Source: Candidatus Multivorans sp.
GTDB lineage: Bacteria > Acidobacteriota > Thermoanaerobaculia > Multivoradales > Multivoraceae
NCBI GenBank assembly: GCA_965206765.1
Contig: OZ242222.1
Location: 23,730 to 87,729, forward strand
Reading direction: 5' to 3'
DNA length: 64,000 bases
Below are positions 19,099-29,873 of this stretch, piece by piece. A program made the translations under genes and the position numbers. How positions within the stretch are numbered: the first letter of the stretch is position 1; each line of letters begins with the position of its first letter. The notes under the pieces were generated by a model. The model worked only from the letters and a program-made list of their open reading frames with translations. It searched no databases and had not been told where the DNA came from.

Positions 19099-20121
19099 GT
19101 GAATGACGGAATTGCCAAAGCCGGCGCGAAGACGCTGAAGGACTTCGCAGCTAAGCAGGGGAAGGAGCAACTGCCCGGTATGGCGCCGACCAAGAAGGTC
19201 CTTGGAGCTCTGAACGCACTCGGTCGTGTCCGCATGTCGGAGCATTTCTTCATGCGAGACTTCCTGTACTCGGAAGTAGCTGCAGCCCACGGCATCGCGA
19301 ACGTTCCGGATGACGCCGAGCTGGCGATCAAGGCTGGACGGGGCCTGTGCAAGAACCTGTTGGAGCCGCTCCACGCGATCTTCGGCCATGTGACGATCCG
19401 CTCCGCCTTCCGGAGCGCCAATGTGAACGGTTTCTGCAATGCCAATGCGATGGGATGTGCCTCGAACCAGAACAACTACGCTCGCCACATCTGGGATCAC
19501 GAGGACGCCGATGGTTGGATCGGCGCTACCGCTTGTGTCGTCATTCCCTGGTTCGTCGACTGGCTGCGGGAGCACCCGGACCGCGACTGGCGCTCTCTCG
19601 CGTGGTTCATCCATGACCACCTGCCGTACTCGGAGATGGTCTTCTACCCCAAGAACGCAGCCTGCAATCTCACCTGGCGATCCAGTCGCAAGAGGCCCGA
19701 TGGCTCAAGGTCCGAGGACCCCCGACACAAGCTTTGGAGTCAGACAGCCCCGAAGGGGATCCTCACAGCGCCTGGGATGAGCAACTACACGGGGCGACAT
19801 GATTGCTGCTACCCGGATTTTCCCGACTTGGCTGAGGTTAGGGATCGCGCGCGGACGTTTCGATCGGTTCCGCAGAGTCGAACATGGCCCAACTACCTGG
19901 GCCGCGCTTGCAGGGTCAAGGAGAAGGAAGACGAGCAGTTCGAGGTACTGCGTCGCCAGAAGGAAGCCGGAGCATTGGATCCCGCCTTTGCCGTTTGGCG
20001 GAGGCATTGGGTTCGCGAAGTCAACAAGGCGTGGAAGCGCGCCGATCGCGGGGAGGCCGCTTTCAGCGAGAGAGAGAATTGGTACAGGCGGCAGTTGGGA
20101 AACGCCCAGGTTCCTCAGTAG
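19099..20121 (+). CDS. Peptidase M15A-like (Hedgehog/DD-peptidase fold) hypothetical protein with C-terminal extension
   Basis: MSEHFFMRDFLYSE, LLEPL...FG..TIRSAFRS..VN and ARHIWD motifs. Start uncertain. Confidence 0.6.
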   Translation: MNDGIAKAGAKTLKDFAAKQGKEQLPGMAPTKKVLGALNALGRVRMSEHFFMRDFLYSEVAAAHGIANVPDDAELAIKAGRGLCKNLLEPLHAIFGHVTIRSAFRSANVNGFCNANAMGCASNQNNYARHIWDHEDADGWIGATACVVIPWFVDWLREHPDRDWRSLAWFIHDHLPYSEMVFYPKNAACNLTWRSSRKRPDGSRSEDPRHKLWSQTAPKGILTAPGMSNYTGRHDCCYPDFPDLAEVRDRARTFRSVPQSRTWPNYLGRACRVKEKEDEQFEVLRRQKEAGALDPAFAVWRRHWVREVNKAWKRADRGEAAFSERENWYRRQLGNAQVPQ

Positions 20122-20170
20122 GTATGCGGATGCCGGGTCCGTTTTGGGGTGCCGAGAAGGAACCATTTTC

Positions 20171-21202
20171 GTGATTCAACACCGCAGCCCCGGCCTCATG
20201 GTCGGCCTCGGTGTCGGCAACGTGCTCGGCGTCCCCCAGGAGGGTTGGCCGCGCTACGCGGTCGAGGCGTCCTACCCGAACGGGATCCGCGACATCGAAG
20301 TCGAACCCGGCGAGCCGGACGACGACGACCTGGCGCAGGCAATCATCTTGGCCGAGGCGGCGACCGAGGCGGGCTCCGGGAGCCTCGACGTCGAGGAGAC
20401 CGGCCGCCGATTCTGGGTGTGGGCCGAGGAGAACGGTCGGGGCATCGGGATTCAGACGGCCGATGTCCTGTGCCGGATCGGCGGCGCGATGCCCCGTTGC
20501 GCCCACGGTGCCGGAGTTCAGGCGCGCGTGCCGACCGGCCAGCCGGCGCTGGAGGCCGCGCGCCAGGTCTGGGAGGAGTCGGGCCGGTACTCGGCCGGCA
20601 ACGGCGCCGTCATGCGCTGTCCGCCGCTGGCGATCCGCTGGATGCGGGACGATGTTGCCCTGGCCAGGAACACTGCCTTGAGTGCGGTGGTGACCCATGC
20701 GGATTCCCGCTGTATCTGGTCGTCGGTTGTAGTGAACCTGGCGATTGCAAACCTCCTTCGGGGCGAAGCGGTCGAAGTGGCGGATGTCGTTGCTCGCACT
20801 CAGCAAGCTGCGGAACGACTTGGTGACTCCCTCGCGGAGTTCGGAATCGCGGGAGCCGTGCCGGAAACCGTCGTGGAAGCCTGTTCCATCCCGAGCGGCA
20901 TCACGCCGGCGGACCTGGTCCTCGACGGGAGCGACATGGGCTACACGCTGAAGGCGATGCAGGTAGCACTCTGGTGCGCGACCCAGGCCTCCGACTTCGA
21001 AGAAGCGCTTGTGGCCGTCGTCAGCGCAGGCGGAGACACGGATACGAACGGGGCGGTGGCCGGTGCAGTGCTAGGCGCCCGGTTCGGGGTGAGCGCGATC
21101 CCGGGCCGCTGGCGCGCGCGGTTGGCAGAGATTCGGCAGGCTCGCGAGTCGATGAAGGACCTGGCGGATCGTCTGGAGGCCTCAGTTAGAGTTGGTTCAT
21201 GA
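20171..21202 (+). CDS. ADP-ribosylglycohydrolase family protein
   Basis: GLGVGNVLG, PDDDDLAQ, AGNGAVMR..P, VTH and GGDTDTNGAVAGAVLGARFG...IP..W motifs. GTG start proposed at 20171. Confidence 0.9.
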   Translation: MIQHRSPGLMVGLGVGNVLGVPQEGWPRYAVEASYPNGIRDIEVEPGEPDDDDLAQAIILAEAATEAGSGSLDVEETGRRFWVWAEENGRGIGIQTADVLCRIGGAMPRCAHGAGVQARVPTGQPALEAARQVWEESGRYSAGNGAVMRCPPLAIRWMRDDVALARNTALSAVVTHADSRCIWSSVVVNLAIANLLRGEAVEVADVVARTQQAAERLGDSLAEFGIAGAVPETVVEACSIPSGITPADLVLDGSDMGYTLKAMQVALWCATQASDFEEALVAVVSAGGDTDTNGAVAGAVLGARFGVSAIPGRWRARLAEIRQARESMKDLADRLEASVRVGS

Positions 21203-21969
21203 CTCGGAACGCCAATCTCCTCAGAGACGCCGATGAATCGTTCAGGTACGGCGGCGAGCCGATCGCACTGAAGCTCGTGGACTACTGGCGCTGGTCCGGT
21301 TCGAGGTTGCTCGAGAACGTGCAGCGTGGGGTGCTGGCCGAGTTCCTCGTGGCGAGCGCGTTGGATCTGACTGACGATGCCCGCGTGGAGTGGGGAGCGT
21401 ATGACCTCGAGTATCCCTGCGACAACGGCGGCCGGGGAATCCGGATCGAGGTCAAGAGCGCGGCCTACATTCAGTCGTGGCATCAGGAACGGGACTCCCG
21501 AATCTCGTTCGGCATTGCCCCAAGCAAGGAATCTTGGGATCCCCGCACCAACTGCACCGAGTCGTTTTCGAGGCCGGCGAGAACAGCCGATATCTACGTC
21601 TTCTGTCACTTCACGCCGAGGCTCGACCAACGAGATGAAGCGGATCCGCTCGATGTCGGGCAATGGGATTTCTACGTGCTGGCAACGGAGGTGCTGGACC
21701 GCGAGCGGCCTGATGGACTGACTATCGGCCTGGAACCGCTCAGGGAGTTGGCCGGCAAGCCCACGCCGTATCAGGACCTGCGGGGGAAGCTGGAGCGAAT
21801 TGCTGCCGGGCTGTATGACCCGCACGGCGAGGAGGTCGATTCGCCGCTTGGAGCGCTCGACCGGGTGCAGGCATCTGTGAGCAGCCGTGGAGTCGACCTC
21901 GCTGGCTGGGAGCACGACGTGAAGACTGAGAGGCAGGCGGCAGTGGGTAGTCCTGCCTCGGGTCCGTGA
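21199..21969 (+). CDS. PD-(D/E)XK-type nuclease-like protein with an antitoxin-like C-terminal tail
   Basis: RGVLAEFLV, YDL...IRIEVKSAAY.QSW and DIYVF..WDFYV motifs. The extra tail SPLGALDRVQAS..GVDLAGWE..V..ERQ overlaps the PIN gene start (GTGA). Confidence 0.65.
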   Translation: MTRNANLLRDADESFRYGGEPIALKLVDYWRWSGSRLLENVQRGVLAEFLVASALDLTDDARVEWGAYDLEYPCDNGGRGIRIEVKSAAYIQSWHQERDSRISFGIAPSKESWDPRTNCTESFSRPARTADIYVFCHFTPRLDQRDEADPLDVGQWDFYVLATEVLDRERPDGLTIGLEPLRELAGKPTPYQDLRGKLERIAAGLYDPHGEEVDSPLGALDRVQASVSSRGVDLAGWEHDVKTERQAAVGSPASGP

Positions 21970-22348
21970 CCATCCATTTGGATACGGGTTTTCTCATTCG
22001 CGCTCTGAAGGTCGGATCACCGGATCACCGGAAGACCGGAAGCTGCGCGGGTGGGTCGAGACGGGAGAGACGCTGGTCATGAGCGCCGTTGCTTGGGCTG
22101 AGTTCCTCTGTGGTCCGCTGGAGGAATCCGAACAGCGCCTGGCTGCTCAGATTGTCGGCCGTCGTGCCGCCTTCAGCGAAGAGCAAGCGGCTACTGCGGC
22201 GCAGTTGTTCAATGAGTCGGGAAGACGGCGTGGGTCCCTGGTCGACTGCATGGTCGCGGCTGCAGCACTCGATGAGGGAGCGCCCGTCGCGACTACGAAT
22301 GAGGCGGACTTTCGCCGCTTTCGGGATGCTGGGCTAGAGATCGCCTAG
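21966..22348 (+). pseudogene. VapC/PIN toxin frameshifted by an 8-bp tandem duplication
   Basis: Reads VTIHLDTGFLIRAL..., then ggatcacc occurs twice (22014-22029). Removing one copy restores GSPEDRKLRGWVETGETLVMSAVAWAEFLCG...DCMVAA...ATTNEADF. Confidence 0.88.
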
Positions 22349-22483
22349 CAACGCCGATTGTGGAGAAGGATGACTTGCGGGCATGGCCCTGGAGGCGCCG
22401 GGAAGCGTGAAGAAAAGGAGCGGTGGTACCAGCGACAAGTCGAAGATACCGGTTCGTAAGTAGCTCGTTGCCTGTCGGCGGCG

Positions 22484-22900
22484 CTAGCGGATGAGCTGCG
22501 CCGAACCGGTGAGTGCTGCCGCAGTCATGGCGCGTGCGAGTGCCGCATCGGCGGTTGCGAGCGGGCAGTCGAGTTGTTGGGCCAGCGCCGCGTAGACGGC
22601 GTCGTACACGGTGAGATCCAAGGCGAAAGCCAAGCTACGGGCCGGTGGGATGAGTTCGGCCAGTGGTGTCAGCACCATCGGCACGGCGGCTAGCGTCTGA
22701 AACGCGGCGTCGGCATCGGGTCGTGACAGAGCGCCCCGGCGGACCTTCGTCCAGAGAACGTTCGCGGCTTCCAGCAGCAAGAAGTCCGGGGCGTGAAGGA
22801 CATCTCGGTCCAGGAGTTCGAGGGCAACAGGGCTGCTTTCCTCTTCGAGAACCCACTTCAGGGCGGCACTGGCGTCAACGACGACGCGTTGGAGCGGCAA
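22484..22900 (-). CDS. vapC: VapC/FitB PIN-domain toxin
   Basis: VVDASAALKW, E..N, TVYDAVY.ALA and TAD motifs. Confidence 0.9.
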   Translation of the reverse strand: MPLQRVVVDASAALKWVLEEESSPVALELLDRDVLHAPDFLLLEAANVLWTKVRRGALSRPDADAAFQTLAAVPMVLTPLAELIPPARSLAFALDLTVYDAVYAALAQQLDCPLATADAALARAMTAAALTGSAQLIR

Positions 22901-22906
22901 GGCGGG

Positions 22907-23158
22907 TCAGCCCGAGAGGTCGTGGGCTCTTCCGTCCCGCAGTTTCCGAATCAACTGCTCGACGGGCTCGTCGTCGTCGTGGGCTATCGCCGCACGGACG
23001 GCGTTGAGCCGAGCCCGCGTTGCTTCCCGGTCGATGCCCAAGGCCATCGCCAGCGACCGGCGCGCTTCTTCCTCGGTTGACGTGCCTGCGGCCGCTGCGC
23101 GGCGCCGCAAGGCCTGCACTACTGCTTCGTCGACGTTACGAATGGTGAGTTGGCCCAT
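22907..23158 (-). CDS. FitA-like ribbon-helix-helix antitoxin
   Basis: MGQLTIRNVDE.V...LR.RAA..G.S.EEE.R motif. Confidence 0.88.
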   Translation of the reverse strand: MGQLTIRNVDEAVVQALRRRAAAAGTSTEEEARRSLAMALGIDREATRARLNAVRAAIAHDDDEPVEQLIRKLRDGRAHDLSG

Positions 23159-23166
23159 GGGCCGAA

Positions 23167-23197
23167 AGATTACAATGACAGCGCTGTCATTGCAATC
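23167..23197 (-). promoter_or_regulatory. Promoter (TTGCAA-17-TAATCT) overlapped by a 30-bp palindromic operator
   Basis: gattacaatgacagcgctgtcattgcaatc (23168-23197) is palindromic except for one pair. The -10 lies 8 nt upstream of the antitoxin ATG. Confidence 0.8.
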
Positions 23198-23273
23198 ACG
23201 AGCGGTGTCCAGCGCAGAGCTGTGCCAAAGTCGGCCGGTCCGAGTGCGGCTTTCCCTCAGAGCGGATGAGCGG

Positions 23274-23459
23274 TTACGGCTGCTTGATGCTCAACTGCCG
23301 GCAAATCAAACGCACCAGAGTGTCCCTGACCTCCTGATGCCTGGGAACCGGTGCCTGACGGCCGTTGTCAGGATTCGTGTAGATGTCGTGTCTGCGGCCG
23401 TGCCGCTTCAGGTGACATCCGCTTGCGGTGAGGTGCTTCAGCAGGCGGCGCCGCTTCAA
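23274..23459 (-). CDS. hicA: HicA toxin
   Basis: MKRRRLLKHL...GC.LKRHG.RHDIY.NP....APVPRH.E motif. Confidence 0.9.
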   Translation of the reverse strand: MKRRRLLKHLTASGCHLKRHGRRHDIYTNPDNGRQAPVPRHQEVRDTLVRLICRQLSIKQP

Positions 23460-23662
23460 GCGGTTCCCAGGTGGAGTTCGATGGACTCGCAGTCCGACAC
23501 GGGAAGCGATGCTTCCTCCTCCAGCATCAACTCGAAGGCGTCCTTGATGTTGAGCTTCAGCTCCTCCAGGGTCTCCCCTTGGCTGAAGATTCCGGGGATC
23601 TCCCTGAGCTTGCCCACGTACCAGCCGTCTTCAATCCAGTAGTCCAGTGTGAAGGCAGCCAC
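23456..23662 (-). CDS. hicB: HicB antitoxin (short)
   Basis: FTLDYWIEDGWYVGKLREIPGIFSQGETLEEL..NIKDA motif. Confidence 0.9.
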   Translation of the reverse strand: MAAFTLDYWIEDGWYVGKLREIPGIFSQGETLEELKLNIKDAFELMLEEEASLPVSDCESIELHLGTA

Positions 23663-23688
23663 GAGTCAGTCCTCCCTTTGGGGGCGCG

Positions 23689-25044
23689 CTAGTTCGACGA
23701 CCCGACCAAGGCTAGCAGCGCGTCGATCTCCTTCGGCACCGCCGCGCTGAGGATCTCCGGTTCGCCCTCCGTGATCAGCACCGTGTCCTCGATGCGGATG
23801 TGGATGTTGTGCTCGGGGATCTCGATGATCGGCTCGACGGCGATGACCATGCCGGGCTCGAAGGGCAGGGCGCCGTCGCCGACGTCGTGGACGGAGAGGC
23901 CGACGAAGTGGCCGGCGCCGTGGGCCGGCTTGTCTTCGAAGCCCCAGCGGTCGTAGATCGCGCGGCAGATCTCGGTGGTCTCGGCGCGGGTGGCGCCGGG
24001 GCGCATGGCGGCGATGATTGCCTTCTGCGCTTCGAGAACGGCCCGGTAGGCGCGTTCCTGGACTTCGTCGAACTGCCCGTTGACGGGCCAGGTGCGGGTG
24101 ATGTCCATCGTCATGTAGGCGAAGGAGGCGCCGTAGTCCATGACCACCAGGTCGCCGTCCTCGAGCTGCCGGTCGTTCTTGACCCAGTGCCAGATGAGGC
24201 CGTTCGGTCCTGAGCCGACGATGGCGGGGTAGGCCTCCATCTCGGCGCCGTGTTGCAGGAAGACGTGCTTCGCCGCGGCCTCCAGTTCGTACTCCCAGGC
24301 GCCGTCGCCGGTGGCCGCGATCGCGGCACTGATCCCGTCGGCGCTGACCTTGCCGGCCCGGCGCAGGATCTCGATCTCGCGCGGCGTCTTGATCATGCGC
24401 AGACGGTCGAGGTGCGGCGTCAGGTCGCGTAGCTCGGCGTAGGGGTAGCGGCTGCGGATCGTCTGGACCTGCTGGGCCTGCTCGCTGGGCTGACCGCCCC
24501 AGGGGTTCTGCTCGCGCCGGCCCAGGTAGAGGCCCTTCTCGTTGCGGGCGAGATCGAGTTCGTCGCGTTCTCCGAGGCGCATCCAGAGCAGCTTGCCGCT
24601 CTCGCCGGGCATCCGGCCGCGCCGTCGTGCCAGGTGTTCGGGCAGGTAGGCGAGGTGGTCGATCTCGAAGCCCCGGCCCTCGGCCGCTTCCGGTGCGTAG
24701 AGCCAGTTCGGGCCGTCGATGAACTTCTCGCGATCGCCCTGGTGGGGCAGGTAGAGCCGCGCTTCGCAACCGTCGACCTCCAGCAGCAGCGCCGCGTTCC
24801 GGCCCTCGTAGCCGGTCAGGTAGAAGAAGTCGTGGTCCTGCCGGAAGCGGGCGCCGTAGCGCGGCATCGTCTCCGCGAACATGAGTGCGGCGCCGCCTTC
24901 CAGGCGTTCGCACAGGCGGGCCCGGCGCTCGGCGAACTCCTCCGGCGGGTAGGTGGCGCGCTGGGCGCTGGCATTCCCTGCGGCGAAGCAGAGAAGGAGA
25001 ACAAGAGTTGCGTGGCCAGCCCGAATTGGGTGAGAATTTCGCAC
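23689..25044 (-). CDS. Xaa-Pro aminopeptidase (M24B), secreted
   Basis: FRQ..DFFYLTG, R.IKTPRE, D.G...DITRT, GHFVGL.VHD and EP..IRIED motifs. Confidence 0.92.
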   Translation of the reverse strand: MRNSHPIRAGHATLVLLLCFAAGNASAQRATYPPEEFAERRARLCERLEGGAALMFAETMPRYGARFRQDHDFFYLTGYEGRNAALLLEVDGCEARLYLPHQGDREKFIDGPNWLYAPEAAEGRGFEIDHLAYLPEHLARRRGRMPGESGKLLWMRLGERDELDLARNEKGLYLGRREQNPWGGQPSEQAQQVQTIRSRYPYAELRDLTPHLDRLRMIKTPREIEILRRAGKVSADGISAAIAATGDGAWEYELEAAAKHVFLQHGAEMEAYPAIVGSGPNGLIWHWVKNDRQLEDGDLVVMDYGASFAYMTMDITRTWPVNGQFDEVQERAYRAVLEAQKAIIAAMRPGATRAETTEICRAIYDRWGFEDKPAHGAGHFVGLSVHDVGDGALPFEPGMVIAVEPIIEIPEHNIHIRIEDTVLITEGEPEILSAAVPKEIDALLALVGSSN

Positions 25045-25047
25045 AAT

Positions 25048-26703
<1,656 letters not shown>

Positions 26704-26712
26704 GGCCGAAGG

Positions 26713-27474
26713 TTAGCCCGATTGGCCGGTTGCGGTGAAGTCGGTGCTGCCGGTTCGCGCGAGGCAATCTCTCAGGATGGCGCCGACAGGTTCCGCGTGT
26801 CCGCGCAGCAACATGGTGTGATGAGTGCCTGCTGTCCAGTAGACCTCCGTTCCGTCCCGGGCGACTTTGAGCCAGGATCTGCCGATTCGGGTCAGGTTGA
26901 GCATTCGTATCCAGGACCTCTCGGGCCGAATGTGGATGATGCGGCCGGGGTAGGACTTGACCTCGTGATCCCGGAAAATCGACATGTGGGTGCACATACC
27001 CTCGTCCGACACCCAACGCAACAGGCGGTTGTTGGATCGACGAATGATTCGCCACCGGAGTCTGTCGGTCGTGGGAGTCAGATTGCAGAGCTTGTAGAGG
27101 CTCATGTAGAAGAGCGTCAGCCAGCGGGGCACCTGCAGCGGCGGATCGAGAACGGAAAGGAAGGCGACGGCGTTTCCAGCCCCGATCAGCGTCTTCGCCA
27201 TCTCCACTGCGAGCAGGCCTCCGCCGGAGTAGCCGGACAAGTAGTAAGGGCCTTGTCTCTGTACTCGTTTGATCTGCCTGATGTACTCGGCCATGAGCCA
27301 GTGGAGCGGCTTCTCGCGTACGCCCCTGACCGACTGCCGCCCGGGTGGCTGCAATCCATAGACGGGTCGGCCTTCGTCGAGTTCCTCCGCGACCAGCTTG
27401 AAGAATCGCATATCGCCATAGCCGGCGGGTATGTGAAAGAGAGGCGGCTTGCCGCCTTGCTCCCGCAATGGCAT
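26713..27474 (-). CDS. Stand-alone NRPS/PKS-type thioesterase (alpha/beta hydrolase)
   Basis: PLFHIP..G, PVYGLQ, GPYYLSGYSGGG..A.EMA, D and G.HHTML motifs. Confidence 0.82.
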   Translation of the reverse strand: MPLREQGGKPPLFHIPAGYGDMRFFKLVAEELDEGRPVYGLQPPGRQSVRGVREKPLHWLMAEYIRQIKRVQRQGPYYLSGYSGGGLLAVEMAKTLIGAGNAVAFLSVLDPPLQVPRWLTLFYMSLYKLCNLTPTTDRLRWRIIRRSNNRLLRWVSDEGMCTHMSIFRDHEVKSYPGRIIHIRPERSWIRMLNLTRIGRSWLKVARDGTEVYWTAGTHHTMLLRGHAEPVGAILRDCLARTGSTDFTATGQSG

Positions 27475-27523
27475 CAGGATCTCGGCGCCGTCGTTGTTGC
27501 GGCGTCGCGTTGAGGGGGACAGG

Positions 27524-29788
27524 CTAGTGCTCCTGCCTCGCCCAGGCGGCTATCTCGGCCGCACTGTGCGAATAGCCGATCTCGACCGCTTCGTCCGCGA
27601 CGCTGAAGTCCAGGATCTTGAACTGTTCTACCGGCGGTCTGATGTACAGGTCGGCGATACCTGCCTGGATCAGTTGTTGCCGGTTGTAGATACTCCCCAG
27701 GGTGCCGGCCCTTTGAAGCACCGAGACGATGCCGGGCATGCGCATCGGCTTGGCCAAGGGGTTGATCCGGTTCCAGGCGATCCTCCAGCCGGACGGGCTC
27801 TGCGCCTCCGAGGCGCCGAGCTCGGAGTCGACGGGCGGTACGACGTCGACGGCGACAAGCGAGCCCGTCTTGATCTCCTCACGCATCACGTCCATCGGCA
27901 GATTATTCAACAGGCCGCCGTCGTAGAGCAGTTCGCCGTTGTGAACCACTGGTGAAACCAGGCCCGGCAAGCTGCTGGTCGCGCGTAGTGACCACCACAC
28001 CGGCCCGGATCGGTGCACGACCGTGTCAGCGCGGGTCATGTTGCTGGACACGCAGAAATAGGGCACCCAGAGATCCTCGATGTTCGCGTCGCCGAAGAAT
28101 TTCTTGAGCAGGCGGTCGAATCGGCGGCCTCGGGTAAGGGACACGAACGGTAGGGTGTAGTCGCCGAACGCGCTCGGAAACCCCTCCTTGAGTGCCTGAA
28201 CGGCCGCGTCGAGGTCCTCGGAAAGGGCGAACGCGGCGCCGATGATGGCCCCCATGCTGACACCGGCCACCATGTCCACAGGCAGCCCGGCTTCACGCAT
28301 CGCCCGAATCACGCCGACGTGAGCGAAGCCGCGAGAGCCGCCGCCGCTGAGGACCAGGCCGTACTCGCACCGCGCGACGTATCGGGCGATACGATCGAGT
28401 GTCCCCGGGTCGCCGTAACGTATATGAAAATGACGGTCGACCCGGCGTTTCCGCAACCAGCGTTGGGTTCCCTGGGGCCTCACGGCGCCCTTGGGGTGGA
28501 GCAAGATGAGCGCGAGCCGTGACTTGGCGCGCCTCGTCTCTTCTATGCGTAGCGTTTCCGCTTCCACTTCCGTCAGGTCCGGTTCAGCGGTGGCCACTCC
28601 GACCGCGATGACCTCATCCGCCTGCCGGATGCAACGTCTGGTCCAATTGGTCAGTGTTCTGTCGGCCAGATAGATGATGTAACGGAATTTCGTTTCCTGC
28701 TCGTTGAGCCAGGCGCGCAAGCGGAGAGCTTCCGGGCTGCCCTCCGGCGCCTGAGCGATCTGCTCTGTGCCGAGCAGTGCGTCGGTTGCCTCGCTGGTAA
28801 CGAGAGCGCAGGCCCCGAGCCGCGAGACGGCTTCGAAAAGGGCCTGGGCGAAGTCCCCAACCGGCGCGCCATCGTTGGCAGGAATGAGAAGAATGTTCAC
28901 GCCCATGGGCTTCGGAGGCGTCTCGTGGATCGCACCGCGCAGGCGTACCGCCAAGAGGCGTATGAGCCACTCGTTGAGCTGCGGATAGCGCTGCGCCAGT
29001 GCGTGAAACGCCTCGCGCGAGAACTCGAGGAGGACGGAATCGCGAACCGCAACGGCCGTCGTGGTTCGCACCTCATCGCTGACCGCGCCCATCGCGCCGA
29101 CGACCTGGCCCTGGACGACCTCGTTGACGATTCTTGTGCCAGTGCCGGATTCGGTCAGTTGGCGAAAGCGCCCACTGACGACAACGAAGAACCCAGCCGA
29201 CCGTTCGCCTTGCCGGACCAGGGCGTCCTCGCGGGCGACGTGCCTCCACGCTAGTCGTTGCTCTATGTCCCCCAGTAGTTCTTCGGTCAGGTCGCCGAAC
29301 ATGTCCTGGAGTACGCCGACCATCTCGTTGTGGTAGAAGCGGGGCGAGAACACGCTCCGCAAGTTGCTGGTCACGTCGGGATGCGTAGAGAGGTAGTGGT
29401 CAAACCCTTCCTTTTCCAACTTTACGAGGCTGACTTCGGTGACCGCCCTGATCGCCGCCGTGCCCTCGGTGCCGGTGAGTGATCGCATTTCGCTGACGAC
29501 ATCGCCAGGGATCAATGTCGCCAGTACACGCTCGTCACCGACCGAGGCGTTCTCGCCCGTCGGGGTTCGAGTGATCTCCAGGCGGCCGGCAGCCACAAAG
29601 TAGAGGGCGCCGCTGCCGGTTCCGTTGAGTACGAGGTGCGCTTGCTCGTCGAGAACGATCGACTCCAGCTCGGCGCGCAGGCCCTCCAGGCTCGCACGGT
29701 CGATGGACCGCATGAGGGGGCTGTCGGCAACTACGTGGACGGGGTCGAGGTCCAGGCGCATACCGGCACTGGCAGAGTCCGATGACAT
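27524..29788 (-). CDS. Two cyclic-nucleotide-binding domains + patatin phospholipase (NTE/RssA family)
   Basis: LSGGGSRGFAH.GV, GVSMG and DGG..NNLP motifs. Two N-terminal cNMP-like repeats. Confidence 0.9.
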   Translation of the reverse strand: MSSDSASAGMRLDLDPVHVVADSPLMRSIDRASLEGLRAELESIVLDEQAHLVLNGTGSGALYFVAAGRLEITRTPTGENASVGDERVLATLIPGDVVSEMRSLTGTEGTAAIRAVTEVSLVKLEKEGFDHYLSTHPDVTSNLRSVFSPRFYHNEMVGVLQDMFGDLTEELLGDIEQRLAWRHVAREDALVRQGERSAGFFVVVSGRFRQLTESGTGTRIVNEVVQGQVVGAMGAVSDEVRTTTAVAVRDSVLLEFSREAFHALAQRYPQLNEWLIRLLAVRLRGAIHETPPKPMGVNILLIPANDGAPVGDFAQALFEAVSRLGACALVTSEATDALLGTEQIAQAPEGSPEALRLRAWLNEQETKFRYIIYLADRTLTNWTRRCIRQADEVIAVGVATAEPDLTEVEAETLRIEETRRAKSRLALILLHPKGAVRPQGTQRWLRKRRVDRHFHIRYGDPGTLDRIARYVARCEYGLVLSGGGSRGFAHVGVIRAMREAGLPVDMVAGVSMGAIIGAAFALSEDLDAAVQALKEGFPSAFGDYTLPFVSLTRGRRFDRLLKKFFGDANIEDLWVPYFCVSSNMTRADTVVHRSGPVWWSLRATSSLPGLVSPVVHNGELLYDGGLLNNLPMDVMREEIKTGSLVAVDVVPPVDSELGASEAQSPSGWRIAWNRINPLAKPMRMPGIVSVLQRAGTLGSIYNRQQLIQAGIADLYIRPPVEQFKILDFSVADEAVEIGYSHSAAEIAAWARQEH

Positions 29789-29873
29789 CGAGACATCCGG
29801 CCTTGGTCAGAGAGTTGGCCAGCGCACGTTGCCGTAGCGAGCCGGGCGCCAGCGGCCGAAGCCGGGGTTGGGA

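Noticed and set aside
19799-20170. Long N-terminal extensions given by the ORF track (also for the ORFs ending at 2524, 3686, 5854, 10099, 12545 and 41084)
   Set aside because: They overlap upstream genes. Downstream starts have an SD or stop/start coupling, and most have signal peptides.
19099-23662. Integron cassette array
   Set aside because: No convincing RYYYAAC...GTTRRRY attC sites, no integrase, overlapping genes and mixed orientation.
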